Shown here: positions 50,320 to 59,337 of the stretch, in pieces | Layout of the letters: every line of letters begins with the position of its first letter | Position numbering within the stretch: the stretch's first letter is position 1 | Assembly: GCA_943787445.1 (NCBI GenBank) | Contig: CALSML010000004.1 | Coordinates: 15,214-79,213 of the forward strand | Reading direction: 5' to 3' | Length of the DNA stretch: 64,000 nt | Source: an uncultured Alphaproteobacteria bacterium | GTDB lineage: Bacteria > Pseudomonadota > Alphaproteobacteria > UBA6615 | Translations under genes and position numbers: made by a program | Notes under the pieces: generated by a model | What the model was told of the DNA's origin: nothing | The model's input: only the letters and a program-made list of their open reading frames with translations | Database searches by the model: none

Positions 50320-51957
50320 CTAGGCTGCGGCGTTGGCCAGTTCGACGGCCTGATCGCGCAGTTTGAACTTCTGGATCTTGCCCGTTGAGGTCTTGGGCAG
50401 GGGGCCGAAAACCACATGCCGCGGGCATTTGAAGCCGGCAAGGTTGTCCCGGCAATGGGCGAAGATATCGTCTTCCGTCGTCGTGGCGCCGGGCTTGAGT
50501 TCGATGAAGGCACACGGTGTTTCGCCCCATTTTTCATCCGGCCAGGCGACCACGCCCGCTGCCGAAACATCGGGATGTTTGTAGAGCGCATCCTCGACTT
50601 CGATGGAGGAGATGTTTTCGCCACCGGAAATGATGATGTCCTTGGAGCGGTCCTTGAGTTCGGCATAGCCATCGGCATGCCAGACGCCCAGATCACCGGT
50701 GTGGAACCAGCCGCCCGCAAAGGCTTCCTGGGTCGCCTTCGGGTTCTTCAGGTAACCCTTCATGGTCACGTTGCCGCGGGTGAAGACCTCACCCATGGTG
50801 ACGCCGTCCTGTGGGACCGGTTCCAGGGTTTCCGGATCCGCGACCATCATGTCTTCGAGAACCTCATAGGGAACGCCCTGGCGTGACTGCAGGCTGGCCC
50901 GTTCTTCGAGCGGCAGGTCATCCCACTCATCCTGCCAGGCGCAGATGATAGCCGGGCCATAGATTTCGGTCAGGCCGTAGACATGGGTGACCCGGATGCC
51001 CTGTTCGGACATCTTGGCAAGCACTGCGGCGGGCGGCGGAGCGGCGGCGGTCATAAACTCGACATCCTGTTCGAAGTCCCGGCGATCCGAATCCGCAGCG
51101 TTGACGATCAGCTGCATCACTACCGGGGCACCGCAGAGATGGGTGATGCCCTTGTCGGCGATGGCATCGTAGATCGTGGCGCTTTCTACACGGCGCAGGC
51201 ACACATTGGTGCCGCCCACGGCGGTCACGCCCCAGGTGAAGCACCAGCCATTGCAGTGGAACATCGGCAGGGTCCAGAGATAGACCGGTCCGCCGGTGGC
51301 TCCCCAAGTGTAAGTGTTGCCAATGGCGTTGAGATAGGCACCGCGATGGTGGAAGACGACGCCCTTGGGGTTTCCGGTGGTGCCGGAGGTGTAGTTCAGA
51401 GCGATGGCGTTCCACTCGTCATCGGGGAAGGACCAGTCGAATTCCGGATCGCCCGTGGCGATGAAGTCTTCGTAACTCATCTCGCCCAGGGTTTCGCCGC
51501 CGGGTCCTTCCGGATCGTCGATGTCGATCACGATGGGTTTGACCGTGGCCAGTTCGAGGGCTTCCTTGATGATGGGGGCAAACTCGGTATCGGTCAGCAG
51601 CACCTTGGCTTCGCCATGATCGAGGATGAAGGCAATCGCCTTGGCATCGAGCCGGTAGTTGAGGGCGTTGATCACGCCGCCGGTCATCGGAATGCCGAAA
51701 TGCGCTTCGAGCATCTGCGGGATATTGGGGAGCATACAGGCCACGCAATCGCCAATGCCGATCCCGCGCTGGGTTAGGGCCGAAGCGAGTTGCCGGCTGC
51801 GGTTGTAGAATTCGGCATAGGTGAAGCTGGTATCACCATGCACAACGGCCTTGCGGGTTGGGTAGACCTTGGCAGAGCGACGCAGGAAGCTCAGGGGCGA
51901 AAGCGCCATGTAGTTGGCGGGGTTCTTGTCGAGGTCGATCTCGAAGTGATTGGCCAT
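50320..51957 (-). CDS. acyl-CoA synthetase (AMP-forming)
   Basis: 'YTSGTTGNPKGV' AMP-binding motif, 'GWFHTGD' and 'PKTSTGKIQK'. Start at 'MANHFEI' preceded by GGAGG. Confidence 0.85.
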   Translation of the reverse strand: MANHFEIDLDKNPANYMALSPLSFLRRSAKVYPTRKAVVHGDTSFTYAEFYNRSRQLASALTQRGIGIGDCVACMLPNIPQMLEAHFGIPMTGGVINALNYRLDAKAIAFILDHGEAKVLLTDTEFAPIIKEALELATVKPIVIDIDDPEGPGGETLGEMSYEDFIATGDPEFDWSFPDDEWNAIALNYTSGTTGNPKGVVFHHRGAYLNAIGNTYTWGATGGPVYLWTLPMFHCNGWCFTWGVTAVGGTNVCLRRVESATIYDAIADKGITHLCGAPVVMQLIVNAADSDRRDFEQDVEFMTAAAPPPAAVLAKMSEQGIRVTHVYGLTEIYGPAIICAWQDEWDDLPLEERASLQSRQGVPYEVLEDMMVADPETLEPVPQDGVTMGEVFTRGNVTMKGYLKNPKATQEAFAGGWFHTGDLGVWHADGYAELKDRSKDIIISGGENISSIEVEDALYKHPDVSAAGVVAWPDEKWGETPCAFIELKPGATTTEDDIFAHCRDNLAGFKCPRHVVFGPLPKTSTGKIQKFKLRDQAVELANAAA

Positions 51958-51996
51958 AATTCCTCCAGACACGCATCTGTTGCGTGTGTTCTTGTA

Positions 51997-52194
51997 CTAA
52001 CTTTTGAACAACGCGTCAGCGTCTCCGCGAAGTGCTTCGCGGCTTTTGATTTCATTCTGCGCCCGCGTGATTTCCGCATTCGCGTGGGCGATATATTCGT
52101 TCAGTTCCTCGATCGACAGGGTTTCGACATTCATGGGTTCGAAACCGGGCTTCACACCCTGAAATGTGGGTTCGAGATCATCATCCATGCTCAT
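51997..52194 (-). CDS. DUF1192 family small protein
   Basis: Only the last 65 codons of listed ORF 51997..53604 look real: 'MSMDDDLEP...LSIEELNEYIAHANAEITRAQNEIKSREALRGDADALFKS'. Confidence 0.65.
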   Translation of the reverse strand: MSMDDDLEPTFQGVKPGFEPMNVETLSIEELNEYIAHANAEITRAQNEIKSREALRGDADALFKS

Positions 52195-52317
52195 CTTTCC
52201 CCTTAATGTCATATCCGATACCTGGTTATTGTGTCGGAAGTTTCGCGCGCCTAGATTGCGCCCGCAACTGTTCGATAGTCTGAGAAACATACGCCAAGCC
52301 TGGTGGAGAGAGAAACC

Positions 52318-53319
52318 ATGACACTGCCCACAGAGATGCAGGCCATTGAGATCATGGAGCCCGGTGGACCCGAGGTGCTGAAACCGGGAACGCGCCCGGT
52401 CCCGCAACCGGAAAGCAATGAGGTTCTGATCCGGATCGCTGCCGCCGGGGTCAATCGCCCCGACGTGGCGCAGCGCAAGGGGGTCTATCCGCCACCGCCG
52501 GGAGCTTCGGATATTCCCGGACTGGAAATCGCCGGAGAGATCGTGGCAACCGGGGACGGCGTCGAGAGTTTTCAGGTGGGGGACAAGGTCTGTGCATTGG
52601 TCACCGGCGGCGGCTATGCCGAATATGTGGCCGCACCTGCACCGCAGGTTCTGCCGGTGCCGGACGGACTGGACATGGTGCAGGCGGCCGGATTGCCGGA
52701 AACCTTCTTCACGGTCTGGTCGAATATCTTTGACCGCGGGCAATTCACGCCGGGTGAAAGCGTGCTGATCCATGGCGGTTCGAGCGGGATTGGCACGACG
52801 GCCATCCAGCTCTGCAGGGCTCTGGGGGCATCGGCGATCTACACGACGGTCGGCAGTGCGGAGAAGGCGGAGTTTTGTGAAAATCTTGGCGCGACCAGGG
52901 CGATCAACTACCGGGACCGGTCCTTCGATGAGGAGATCATAGCCCTGACGGAGAAGGCCGGGGTGGATGTCATTCTGGACATGGTCGGCGGTGACTACCT
53001 GCCGCGCAACATCTCGTGCCTGAAGCCGGACGGGCGGATCGTGCAGATCGCGCTGATGGGCGGCGCCAAGTCCGAAATCAATCTGGGCCGGGTGATGATG
53101 AACCGCCTCACGATCACCGGGTCGACCCTGCGTGCCCGGTCCGTGGACTTCAAGGGCGAGATTGCAAAATCCCTGGCCGGCAAGGTCTGGCCGCTGCTGG
53201 CAAGCGGCGATGTGGCACCGGTGATTCACAGCACATTTCCGCTCGCGGAGGCTGCGGCAGCCCATGCATTGATGGAGAGCAGCAGCCATATCGGGAAGAT
53301 CATTCTCGATCTGGCGTGA
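52318..53319 (+). CDS. NAD(P)H:quinone oxidoreductase (PIG3/zeta-crystallin type)
   Basis: 'GVNRPDVAQRKGVYPPPPGASDIPGLE' and 'IHGGSSGIGTTAIQ'. Confidence 0.85.
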   Translation: MTLPTEMQAIEIMEPGGPEVLKPGTRPVPQPESNEVLIRIAAAGVNRPDVAQRKGVYPPPPGASDIPGLEIAGEIVATGDGVESFQVGDKVCALVTGGGYAEYVAAPAPQVLPVPDGLDMVQAAGLPETFFTVWSNIFDRGQFTPGESVLIHGGSSGIGTTAIQLCRALGASAIYTTVGSAEKAEFCENLGATRAINYRDRSFDEEIIALTEKAGVDVILDMVGGDYLPRNISCLKPDGRIVQIALMGGAKSEINLGRVMMNRLTITGSTLRARSVDFKGEIAKSLAGKVWPLLASGDVAPVIHSTFPLAEAAAAHALMESSSHIGKIILDLA

Positions 53320-53437
53320 TTGTGCGCTTTGCAATTCCGGCAAACGCCGCATATATAGAGGCAACCCCCCTTCAGGGATGACGATTATGGCCGGTTTGCC
53401 CACGTGATTGTGCGGTGGATCGACGAAAGGAGAACCC

Positions 53438-54091
53438 ATGGCACCTCCCTTGATGCCGAAAGCCACCGCCGTGTGGCTTGTCGAAAATACCTCGCTGTCC
53501 TTCGCACAGATCGCCGATTTCACGGGGATGCACCAGCTTGAAATCCAAGGCATTGCGGATGGCGAAGTTGACGTTGGCATGCGCGGCCTCGACCCGATGA
53601 CCAATGGTCAGCTGGACTGGGAAGAGATTGAGCGTGTTCAGGCCGATCCCTCAGCACGTCTGGTTCTCAAGGAGACCGACAATCCGGCACCGGTCAAACG
53701 GACCAAAGGGCCGCGTTACGTGCCGGTGTCCAAGCGCCAGGACAAACCCGACGGGATCGCCTATCTGGTCCGCTACTACCCTGAACTCAGCGATGCCCAG
53801 ATCGGCAAGCTGATTGGCACCACCAAGCCGACCATCGTCGCCATTCGCGACCGGACCCACTGGAACTCCTCGCAGATTCAGCCACGCGATCCGGTGACCA
53901 TCGGATTGTGCCGTCAGGTGGACCTGGATGAAGCCGTCGAAAAGGGTCGCAAGGCCGGCCGTGCACCGGCGAGCGATGATCGTCGTCCGATCAGCGCGGA
54001 TCTGATCCCGCAGGAAGAGCCGGCAGCCAATCGCATCCCGGACTGGATGGCGGATGTGCGCATCGGCGGGAACAATCAGGGCGACAACTAA
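53438..54091 (+). CDS. DUF1013 domain-containing protein
   Basis: AAAGGAG RBS, with 'LMPKATAVWLVENTSLSFAQIADF' and 'TKPTIVAIRDRTHWN'. Confidence 0.75.
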   Translation: MAPPLMPKATAVWLVENTSLSFAQIADFTGMHQLEIQGIADGEVDVGMRGLDPMTNGQLDWEEIERVQADPSARLVLKETDNPAPVKRTKGPRYVPVSKRQDKPDGIAYLVRYYPELSDAQIGKLIGTTKPTIVAIRDRTHWNSSQIQPRDPVTIGLCRQVDLDEAVEKGRKAGRAPASDDRRPISADLIPQEEPAANRIPDWMADVRIGGNNQGDN

Positions 54092-54122
54092 GTATCTGAA
54101 AAACAAATAGAATGATGTTGAG

Positions 54123-54156
54123 CAGGGCCCGTTTTGTGGGCCCTGTTTCGTTTTTA
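54123..54156 (+). terminator. rho-independent terminator of the DUF1013 gene
   Basis: CAGGGCCC-GTTTTGT-GGGCCCTG followed by TTTCGTTTTT. Confidence 0.75.
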
Positions 54157-54272
54157 TTCGCGCGTTAACCATTCTTTAGCGCTTTGCACCGATATTGGTT
54201 GCGATGGAACCTCCCTATGAACCATCCGGATCTCTCCGAGATTCATTTTTATCTCCCTGTTTAAGACTTTCA

Positions 54273-54309
54273 CCGCTCCGAAATCCCCCCTTCGGAGCGG
54301 TTTTCTTTT
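54273..54309 (+). terminator. second intrinsic terminator inside the metY leader (possible attenuator)
   Basis: CCGCTCCGAA-ATCCCCCC-TTCGGAGCGG followed by TTTTCTTTT, about 110 nt upstream of the metY start. Confidence 0.6.
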
Positions 54310-54417
54310 GCGCAAAGACACCGCTCCCGGTTCAAGCGCGCCACGGCTTGCGATAAGTTGGGATCCTCACCCACCACGAACCCGGCTCTGATGGCCGATG
54401 GGATATGGGACCGGCAC

Positions 54418-55722
54418 ATGATTGATCCGAAACATCTGAAATTCTCGACCCTGAGTCTGCATGCAGGCCAGCATCCCGATCTGGTGACCGGTGCGCGGGC
54501 GACACCGATCTACCAGACGACATCCTATGTCTTTCCCGATGTGGATCACGCGGCCAGCCTCTTCAACCTGGAGCGGGCCGGTCATATCTATTCGCGCATT
54601 TCCAATCCGACCGTTGCGGTCTTCGAGGAACGCATGGCCGCACTGGAAGGTGGCGTGGGCGCCATCGCCACGGCGAGTGGTCAGGCGGCCATGTCGCTGG
54701 CGGTGATGACCCTGATGGGCAGCGGTGGACATATCGTGGCCTCGCGCAACATCTATGGCGGCACCCACAATCTGTTCGTGCACACCCTGCCGCGCTTCGG
54801 GATCACGACGACCTTCGTCGATCCGCGCAACCCGGATGAATTCGCTGCAGCGATCTGTGATGAGACGCGGCTGGTGTTTGCCGAAACCATCGGCAATCCC
54901 GGGCTGGAGGTTCTGGATATTCCCGCCGTCGCTGAAATCGCCCATGCGGCCGACCTGCCGCTTCTGGTGGATGCCACATTCTCGACCCCGGCCTTGCTGC
55001 ACCCTTTCGCGCATGGCGCGGATCTGATTATGCATTCGGCCACCAAGTGGATCGGCGGCCACGGTGTGGCGATCGGCGGCGTGCTGATCGACAGCGGGCG
55101 GTTCGACTGGGAGGCTGCGGGCAAGTTCCCGGGGATGACCGAACCCTATGCCGGTTTCCACGGGCTCGACTTTGCCGAGGAGTTTGGCCCTGCCGCCTTC
55201 GTCATGCGCGCCCGCGCCGAAGGCCTGCGCGACTTCGGGGCCTGCATGGCCCCCCAGACCGCCTTCTATCTGCTCCAGGGGCTCGAAACCCTGCCGATCC
55301 GGATGGCCCGGCATGTGGCCAACGCCCAGGCGGTCGCGGAATTTCTCGAAGATTGCGACGAGGTCGGCTGGGTCTCCTATCCGGGGCTGGCCAGTCATCC
55401 CGATCACGCGCTGGCTGCCCGCCTGCTGCCCGACGGGGCGGGTGCGGTGGTCACCTTTGGCGTGAAACCGGGCACCGATGGCCCGCGCCGGGCCGGTGCA
55501 AAGTTTATCGAAGCGCTCGAACTGTTCTCGCACCTCGCCAATGTGGGGGATGCCAAATCTCTGGTGATCCATCCCGCCAGCACGACCCATCAGCAGATGG
55601 GCCCGGCCGAACTCGCGGCTTCGGGGGTGGGAGAGGATATGGTGCGGCTGGCTATCGGGCTGGAAGACCCGGGCGATATCATCAGTGACCTCAAACAGGC
55701 GCTGCGCGCCTCGCAGAAATAG
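54418..55722 (+). CDS. metY: O-acetylhomoserine aminocarboxypropyltransferase (sulfhydrylase)
   Basis: 'TLSLHAGQ', 'PIYQTTSYVF' and the PLP-Lys region 'HSATKWIGGHG'. The start at M21 of the listed ORF is uncertain; 54358 and 54391 are alternatives. Confidence 0.85.
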   Translation: MIDPKHLKFSTLSLHAGQHPDLVTGARATPIYQTTSYVFPDVDHAASLFNLERAGHIYSRISNPTVAVFEERMAALEGGVGAIATASGQAAMSLAVMTLMGSGGHIVASRNIYGGTHNLFVHTLPRFGITTTFVDPRNPDEFAAAICDETRLVFAETIGNPGLEVLDIPAVAEIAHAADLPLLVDATFSTPALLHPFAHGADLIMHSATKWIGGHGVAIGGVLIDSGRFDWEAAGKFPGMTEPYAGFHGLDFAEEFGPAAFVMRARAEGLRDFGACMAPQTAFYLLQGLETLPIRMARHVANAQAVAEFLEDCDEVGWVSYPGLASHPDHALAARLLPDGAGAVVTFGVKPGTDGPRRAGAKFIEALELFSHLANVGDAKSLVIHPASTTHQQMGPAELAASGVGEDMVRLAIGLEDPGDIISDLKQALRASQK

Positions 55723-55733
55723 GGGCGTCGATC

Positions 55734-56534
55734 ATGGAACTGAATGTCGACGGTCACACCGTCTATGTGCACACCGGCGGGCAGGACCACTCCGCTGACA
55801 AGCCAGCGCTGATCTTTGTGCACGGGGGTGGCAACGACCACACCTATTGGAGCCTGCAGACCCGCTTCTTCGCCCATCATGGCTACAGCGCCCTGGTGCC
55901 GGACCTGCCCGGACATGGCCGCTCGGGCGGCCCCGCGCCGGACAATATCGACGATTATGCAATCTGGCTGTGGCGATTTGCGGATGCGATCGGTGCTGAG
56001 AAAACCGCTTTTGTCGGCCATTCCATGGGATCGCTCGCGGTGCTGGCGGCCGCTGCACAACAGCCCGAACGGATGCTGGCGCTGGTGCTGGCCGGCACAT
56101 CGGATCACATGCAGGTTCATCCCGACCTGCTGGCGCTCTCGGCGACCGATGATCCCGCCGCCTTCGAACTGATTACCGATTGGGGCTTTGGAAAATCCGC
56201 CCACAAGGGCGGACACCAGGCCCCCGGCCTGTGGCTGCGGGGCGGGGGACGGGCCCTGCTGGCCGCCTGTCATTCCGGTGTGCTTGGGCGCGACATGGCG
56301 GCCTGCAATGCTTGGGAGGGGGCGCTGGACGCTGCCGCGGCGGTGTCATGCCCGACCCTGTTCCTGCTGGCGGATGCAGACCGGATGACCCCGCCGCGGG
56401 CGTCCAAAGGGCTGCAGGCTGCGATCGCTGGTGCGCAGGTCGAAATTCTGCCCGATACCGGTCACATGATGACCGTCGAGCGACCCAATGAGAGTATCGA
56501 TATCATCCATCAATTTCTGCGTGGCGCGATATGA
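55734..56534 (+). CDS. alpha/beta hydrolase
   Basis: 266 aa with 'FVHGGGNDH' and the nucleophile elbow 'GHSMGS'. Confidence 0.8.
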   Translation: MELNVDGHTVYVHTGGQDHSADKPALIFVHGGGNDHTYWSLQTRFFAHHGYSALVPDLPGHGRSGGPAPDNIDDYAIWLWRFADAIGAEKTAFVGHSMGSLAVLAAAAQQPERMLALVLAGTSDHMQVHPDLLALSATDDPAAFELITDWGFGKSAHKGGHQAPGLWLRGGGRALLAACHSGVLGRDMAACNAWEGALDAAAAVSCPTLFLLADADRMTPPRASKGLQAAIAGAQVEILPDTGHMMTVERPNESIDIIHQFLRGAI

Positions 56535-56989
56535 GCACAGCACCGGACAAGAAACACGAGCGTGACGAGACGCGGGACAACTACCCGCATTTTCTGCAAA
56601 TCCCCACGCGCTGGATGGACAACGATGTCTATGGCCATGTGAACAACGTGACCTATTACTCGTATTTCGACACGGCCGTGAACGAGTTCCTGGTGCGGTT
56701 CACCGGGCTGGATTATCGCAGCAAGGATCCCGTCGGCATGGTTGTGGAAACCGGTTGCCGGTTCCACAGCGAGATCGCATTCCCCGATGTGCTCGATGTC
56801 GGTGTCCGGGTGCGGCGTCTCGGAAATTCCTCGATCACCTATGAGATCGGCATCTTCCGGCAAGGCGCCGACCGCCCGTCAGCCACCGGCCATTTCGTTC
56901 ATGTCTATGTACGGCCGGGCGAAATGAAACCGGTCAGCGTGCCCGATCAGGTGCGTGAAGGGCTGCAACGACTGGTGGTCGCGGATTAG
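56531..56989 (+). CDS. acyl-CoA thioesterase (4HBT/YbgC-like hotdog fold)
   Basis: 152 aa with 'DNDVYGHVNNVTYYSYFD'. Confidence 0.75.
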   Translation: MSTAPDKKHERDETRDNYPHFLQIPTRWMDNDVYGHVNNVTYYSYFDTAVNEFLVRFTGLDYRSKDPVGMVVETGCRFHSEIAFPDVLDVGVRVRRLGNSSITYEIGIFRQGADRPSATGHFVHVYVRPGEMKPVSVPDQVREGLQRLVVAD

Positions 56990-58131
56990 TTCCACAACCG
57001 ATCGGAAGCGATCTCCGCGCCGGCCACCAGCGAGCGGAATTTCTCGTAGGCGATATCCGGGTCAACCTTGCCGATTCCGGCAAAGGTGGCGAAGCCGCAA
57101 TCGGCCCCGGCGATCACCCGTTCCCGGCCCACCAGATTGGCGTAGCTGCAGATGCGATCTGCGACCACATCGGGATGTTCGATGTAGTTGCTCACACTGT
57201 CGATTATGCCCGGCATGATGATCTTATCGTCCGGGAGCTTCTTGGTCTCGAACACACGCCATTCATGGGAGTGCCGGGGATTCGCGGATTCGACGAGCAG
57301 CCCCTGTGGCTTGGCCTGCATGACCACATCGAAGATGGTCTCGAAGGGAATGTCGAGATGATGGGGGCCTTCGTAATTGCCCCAGCAGATATGCATCCGC
57401 ACCCGGTCGGCGGGAATATTGGCCAGCGCGGCGTTCAGCGCCTCGATCTGCATGGCCGCGTGTTTCAGGAAGTCGGCCTCTGACAATTCGCGGTATTCCG
57501 TGTGCCGGCCCATGGCGAGATCGGGGCAGTCGATCTGCAGCACGAAGCCGGCATTGGCGATGGCTTCGTATTCCTCGCGCATCACGCCGGACAGCGCGTC
57601 GAGATATGCATCGTCATCCGGGTAGTATTCATTGCTCTGGAAGACGGAAATCACCCCGGGTGAGGCGGCGTTCATGAAGAATTCCGTCGCGTCACTGCCT
57701 TGCGCGGCGGCGGTCAGGTTTTCCAGATCCTTGCGCAGGGGTTCGCGGTCCCGGATGACAACCTCGCCTGTGCAGCACGGTCGGTTGAGACGCCGGGTCT
57801 CGGCCATGCGGGATAGCATCTTCCGGTATCCCGGGAAATTGGACAGATCATCGAACCGGACCGAGGGGCTGTCGCCGGAAAAGCCACCCAGGCGCTGCTG
57901 GATATAGGTGGCATAGCCGGTCTTGCTCATCTCGCCATCATTGATGATGTCCAGGCCCCAGCTACGCTGCTGGGCCACCATTTCGGCCACGGCCTCGGTC
58001 ACGGCCACATCGAGTTCGGCGGGATCGTAGGGCTCTTCGAACTCGACCTTGTAGAGCAGGTCTTCGAGTTTGGCCGGGCGCGGCAGGCTGCCCACATGGG
58101 TCGTCAGGATACGGTCGGTGCTTGTTTTCAT
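56986..58131 (-). CDS. cobalamin-independent methionine synthase II family protein (MetE C-terminal-like)
   Basis: About 381 aa with 'ILTTHVGSLPRP' and 'HICWGNYEGPH'. I trimmed the start to 'MKTSTDRIL' (cat 58129-58131). Confidence 0.75.
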   Translation of the reverse strand: MKTSTDRILTTHVGSLPRPAKLEDLLYKVEFEEPYDPAELDVAVTEAVAEMVAQQRSWGLDIINDGEMSKTGYATYIQQRLGGFSGDSPSVRFDDLSNFPGYRKMLSRMAETRRLNRPCCTGEVVIRDREPLRKDLENLTAAAQGSDATEFFMNAASPGVISVFQSNEYYPDDDAYLDALSGVMREEYEAIANAGFVLQIDCPDLAMGRHTEYRELSEADFLKHAAMQIEALNAALANIPADRVRMHICWGNYEGPHHLDIPFETIFDVVMQAKPQGLLVESANPRHSHEWRVFETKKLPDDKIIMPGIIDSVSNYIEHPDVVADRICSYANLVGRERVIAGADCGFATFAGIGKVDPDIAYEKFRSLVAGAEIASDRLWN

Positions 58132-58192
58132 GATGATCTCGGGCGTTGTCGTGTTGTTTCGTTGACTGCAGTTATACACGCCCTGCACGACC

Positions 58193-58223
58193 AAAAAAGG
58201 CCCGCTGTGTCCAGCGGGCCTTT
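58193..58223 (-). terminator. rho-independent terminator of hsp20
   Basis: GGCCCGCTG-TGTC-CAGCGGGCC, with an A-run on the + strand that is a U-run on the - strand. Confidence 0.75.
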
Positions 58224-58255
58224 GCAACTTTTTATTGGTTTTGACGGCAGGACCG

Positions 58256-58720
58256 TTAAGCGGCTTTCTTGTCGTGCTCGATGGTCTGGGTATTGGCACT
58301 CGAACCAATCGCGATTTTGCGTGGCTTGAGTTCTTCGGGAATCTCACGCTGCAATTCGATCACGAGCATGCCGTTTTCGAGGTCGGAACGGACCACATTC
58401 ACGTGATCAGCCAATTCGAACTGGCGCTCGAAGGCCCGCGTCGCAATGCCGCGATGCAGGAACTGGGTCTCGTCCGCAGCCTTGTTCTGCTCACCCTTCA
58501 CGATCAACGCGTTGTTGTTCTGGGTGATATCGAGATTCTCTGCATTGAAACCGGCGACCGCCATCGTGATGCGATAGGCGTCATCGGCGAGTTTCTCGAT
58601 GTTGTAGGGCGGATAGCTCGGGGCCTCGGTGTTCGAGACCGTGTCGAGCAGACGGCCCATGCGATCAAAACCGACCGTGGAACGGAAAAGGGGGGTTAAA
58701 TCGAGATTGTAGGTGCGCAT
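58256..58720 (-). CDS. ibpA: Hsp20/alpha-crystallin family small heat-shock protein
   Basis: 154 aa with 'PPYNIEKLADDAYRITMAVAGF' and 'LENGMLVIEL'. AGGAGG RBS. Confidence 0.9.
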   Translation of the reverse strand: MRTYNLDLTPLFRSTVGFDRMGRLLDTVSNTEAPSYPPYNIEKLADDAYRITMAVAGFNAENLDITQNNNALIVKGEQNKAADETQFLHRGIATRAFERQFELADHVNVVRSDLENGMLVIELQREIPEELKPRKIAIGSSANTQTIEHDKKAA

Positions 58721-58830
58721 TTCACTTGTCCTCCTGTTGAGCAACTGTGACGTCGGCGGGTCCCGCCAATTTGGCCGGGATGTGCCGGGTTTACGCGATT
58801 TGGAACCCAATAGTGGCGTTCCTCGCGACC
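58721..58830 (-). promoter_or_regulatory. ROSE-like RNA thermometer in the hsp20 5'-UTR
   Basis: The mRNA 3' hairpin is CACAGUUGCUC-AACAG-GAGGACAAGUG (58723-58749). It pairs the SD AGGAGGA with GUUGCUC, leaving one bulged G, immediately before the AUG. A further GC hairpin (GGCGGG-A-CCCGCC) lies upstream. Confidence 0.55.
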
Positions 58831-58836
58831 ACCCGG

Positions 58837-58864
58837 AGATAGGAATTATGTGTCCGCGATCAAG
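58837..58864 (-). promoter_or_regulatory. candidate RpoH(sigma-32)-type promoter CTTG-N17-CCTATCT
   Basis: It matches the alphaproteobacterial heat-shock promoter pattern CTTG-N17-CYTATNT, about 115 nt upstream of the hsp20 ATG. Confidence 0.45.
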
Positions 58865-58926
58865 GGTTTGAGCCCGATTTTGATATGAAAATTTTGCATG
58901 GCGTGGGCCAGAAGCCATGCCGGAAT

Positions 58927-58955
58927 CAAAACGGGCGCCGCAATGCGACGCCCGT
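58927..58955 (-). terminator. rho-independent terminator of rpmE
   Basis: On the - strand: GGGCGUCG-CAUUG-CGGCGCCC followed by GUUUUGAUU. Confidence 0.7.
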
Positions 58956-58978
58956 GGAAACTCGGTCTGAAAGTCAGG

Positions 58979-59200
58979 CTATTTAATGCCAATGCCTTCG
59001 TAACGCTTGTTGAATTTGGCAACCTGGCCACCGGTATCGATCAGGCGATGCTGACCGGTATAGGCCGGGTGGGTCTTCGGATCGATGTCGAGACGCAGCG
59101 TGTCGCCCGGTTCGCCATAGGTCGAACGGGTCTTGTACTCGGTGCCATCTGTCATCTGGACAGTGATTTCATGATAATCGGGATGAATATCTTTTTTCAT
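58979..59200 (-). CDS. rpmE: 50S ribosomal protein L31
   Basis: '[14 protein letters not shown]...[10 protein letters not shown]', 73 aa. Confidence 0.95.
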   Translation of the reverse strand: MKKDIHPDYHEITVQMTDGTEYKTRSTYGEPGDTLRLDIDPKTHPAYTGQHRLIDTGGQVAKFNKRYEGIGIK

Positions 59201-59337
59201 CGCATTTACTCCGGTCGAAGAAGGCCGGGTTATAGCCAAGGTTTCGGCGGACCGCAAGGGCGCCCATGCAATGCATTGTGCCGGGTAACTGTGCCGGTTG
59301 GCGCTGCTGCGCGGGCCTGCTACACCGTTTGTCTGAT

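Noticed and set aside
52195-53604. The upstream ~470 codons of listed ORF 51997..53604 (-)
   Set aside because: This part is antisense to the well-supported quinone oxidoreductase and DUF1013 genes. Only the last 65 codons (DUF1192) look like a real protein and have their own start.
54157-54272. Naming the metY leader a SAM-II riboswitch
   Set aside because: I could not match the consensus from memory, and no clear AAAGCU-type 3' element is present. I left it as an unclassified leader pending a covariance-model scan.
54367-55590. 407-aa ORF on the - strand
   Set aside because: It is antisense to metY, which has unambiguous PLP-enzyme motifs.
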